Position numbers and translations under genes: made by a program | The notes under the pieces: generated by a model | Database searches by the model: none | The model's input: only the letters and a program-made list of their open reading frames with translations | What the model was told of the DNA's origin: nothing | Shown here: positions 63,311 to 64,000 of the stretch, one piece after another | Position numbering within the stretch: the stretch's first letter is position 1 | Layout: each line of letters opens with the position of its first letter | Assembly (NCBI GenBank): GCA_963771355.1 | Contig: CAVYTA010000008.1 | Span: 32,001 to 96,000 of the forward strand | Direction of reading: 5' to 3' | DNA from: an uncultured Candidatus Rokubacteria bacterium | GTDB taxonomy: Bacteria; Methylomirabilota; Methylomirabilia; Rokubacteriales; CSP1-6 | Length of the DNA stretch: 64,000 nt

Positions 63311-63314
63311 GTGG

Positions 63315-64000
63315 TCACCGCTTGTTGAGGCGAAGGTCCTCGTAGGGTCCGGAATAGGCGTGGTTGGGAATCATGCCGAGCCCGTGCACCTCCAGCCGCG
63401 GTCCGACCCCGTTGAGAAAGGCGGGCTCGATGACCGGTCCGAACATGACCTGCTCGTGGATCACCTGCTGCATCTTGTGGAGGATCTGCTGGCGGACGCG
63501 CGGGTTCATCTCCTTCGACTGCTCACCGTAGAGCCCGTCCACCTCCGGATAGGTCCCGTAGACGTAGCGGCCCCCCGTCACCGCGTACTGCTCGAGCCGC
63601 GTGGGCGCGTTGCCGGGGGCGCCGCTGCCGCTGAAGATCACGCCCCGGAGCTTCTTGTCACCGTACTCCTGGAAGAAGGCCGCGCGCTCCATGGGCCGCA
63701 GGCGCAGCCGGATGCCTACCTGCTGGAGATAGTTCACCACCGGCTCCCCGATGGCCACCCCGTAGATGGTGTCGCCGGTGAGGTCGCCCGCGTCGAAGCC
63801 ATTGGGGTAGCCGGCCTCGGCCAGGAGCGCCCGGGCGCGCTTGACGTCAAACGGATACGCCGGCGGCGTCCAGAAGTACTCCATGCCCTGCGGGATGAAG
63901 GAGTGCGCGAGCTTGGACAGCCCGAGGTAGACCGCGCCATTGATGCCGGCGCGATCGATGGCGAGGTTGGCGGCGAGCCGCACGCGCCGGTCGTGCCAGG
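63315..64000 (-). CDS. Peptide ABC transporter substrate-binding protein (5'-truncated by window edge)
   Basis: WHDRRVRLAANLAIDR, ARALLAEAGYPNGF; frame open to the window end. Confidence 0.9.
   Translation of the reverse strand, partial: WHDRRVRLAANLAIDRAGINGAVYLGLSKLAHSFIPQGMEYFWTPPAYPFDVKRARALLAEAGYPNGFDAGDLTGDTIYGVAIGEPVVNYLQQVGIRLRLRPMERAAFFQEYGDKKLRGVIFSGSGAPGNAPTRLEQYAVTGGRYVYGTYPEVDGLYGEQSKEMNPRVRQQILHKMQQVIHEQVMFGPVIEPAFLNGVGPRLEVHGLGMIPNHAYSGPYEDLRLNKR

Overview
High-GC bacterial chromosome segment densely packed with ABC transporters (two Liv-type, one Dpp-type, extra binding proteins), luciferase-like monooxygenases, cupin ring-cleavage dioxygenases and core genes (tatD, hisC, glnD, msrPQ). 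The gene repertoire resembles Candidatus Rokubacteria/Methylomirabilota; that placement is inference only. Two features stand out. (1) A complete ~1.12-kb IS110 (IS621-like) element at 30168-31287 whose bridge RNA can be read from the sequence: its target loop matches the interrupted site, its donor loop matches the element's own end junction, and circularisation would create a sigma70-type promoter. It sits in a 142-bp REP-like palindrome. (2) A B12/radical-SAM gene whose apparent TGA stop looks like a selenocysteine codon (C-U-A-E-P tail) followed by a SECIS-like hairpin. Also seen: widespread leaderless-type TAnnnT motifs 5-7 nt before start codons, two unannotated small proteins, a sigma54 promoter, and several 1-bp insertions that probably reflect sequencing error. 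No rRNA, tRNA or CRISPR array was recognised.
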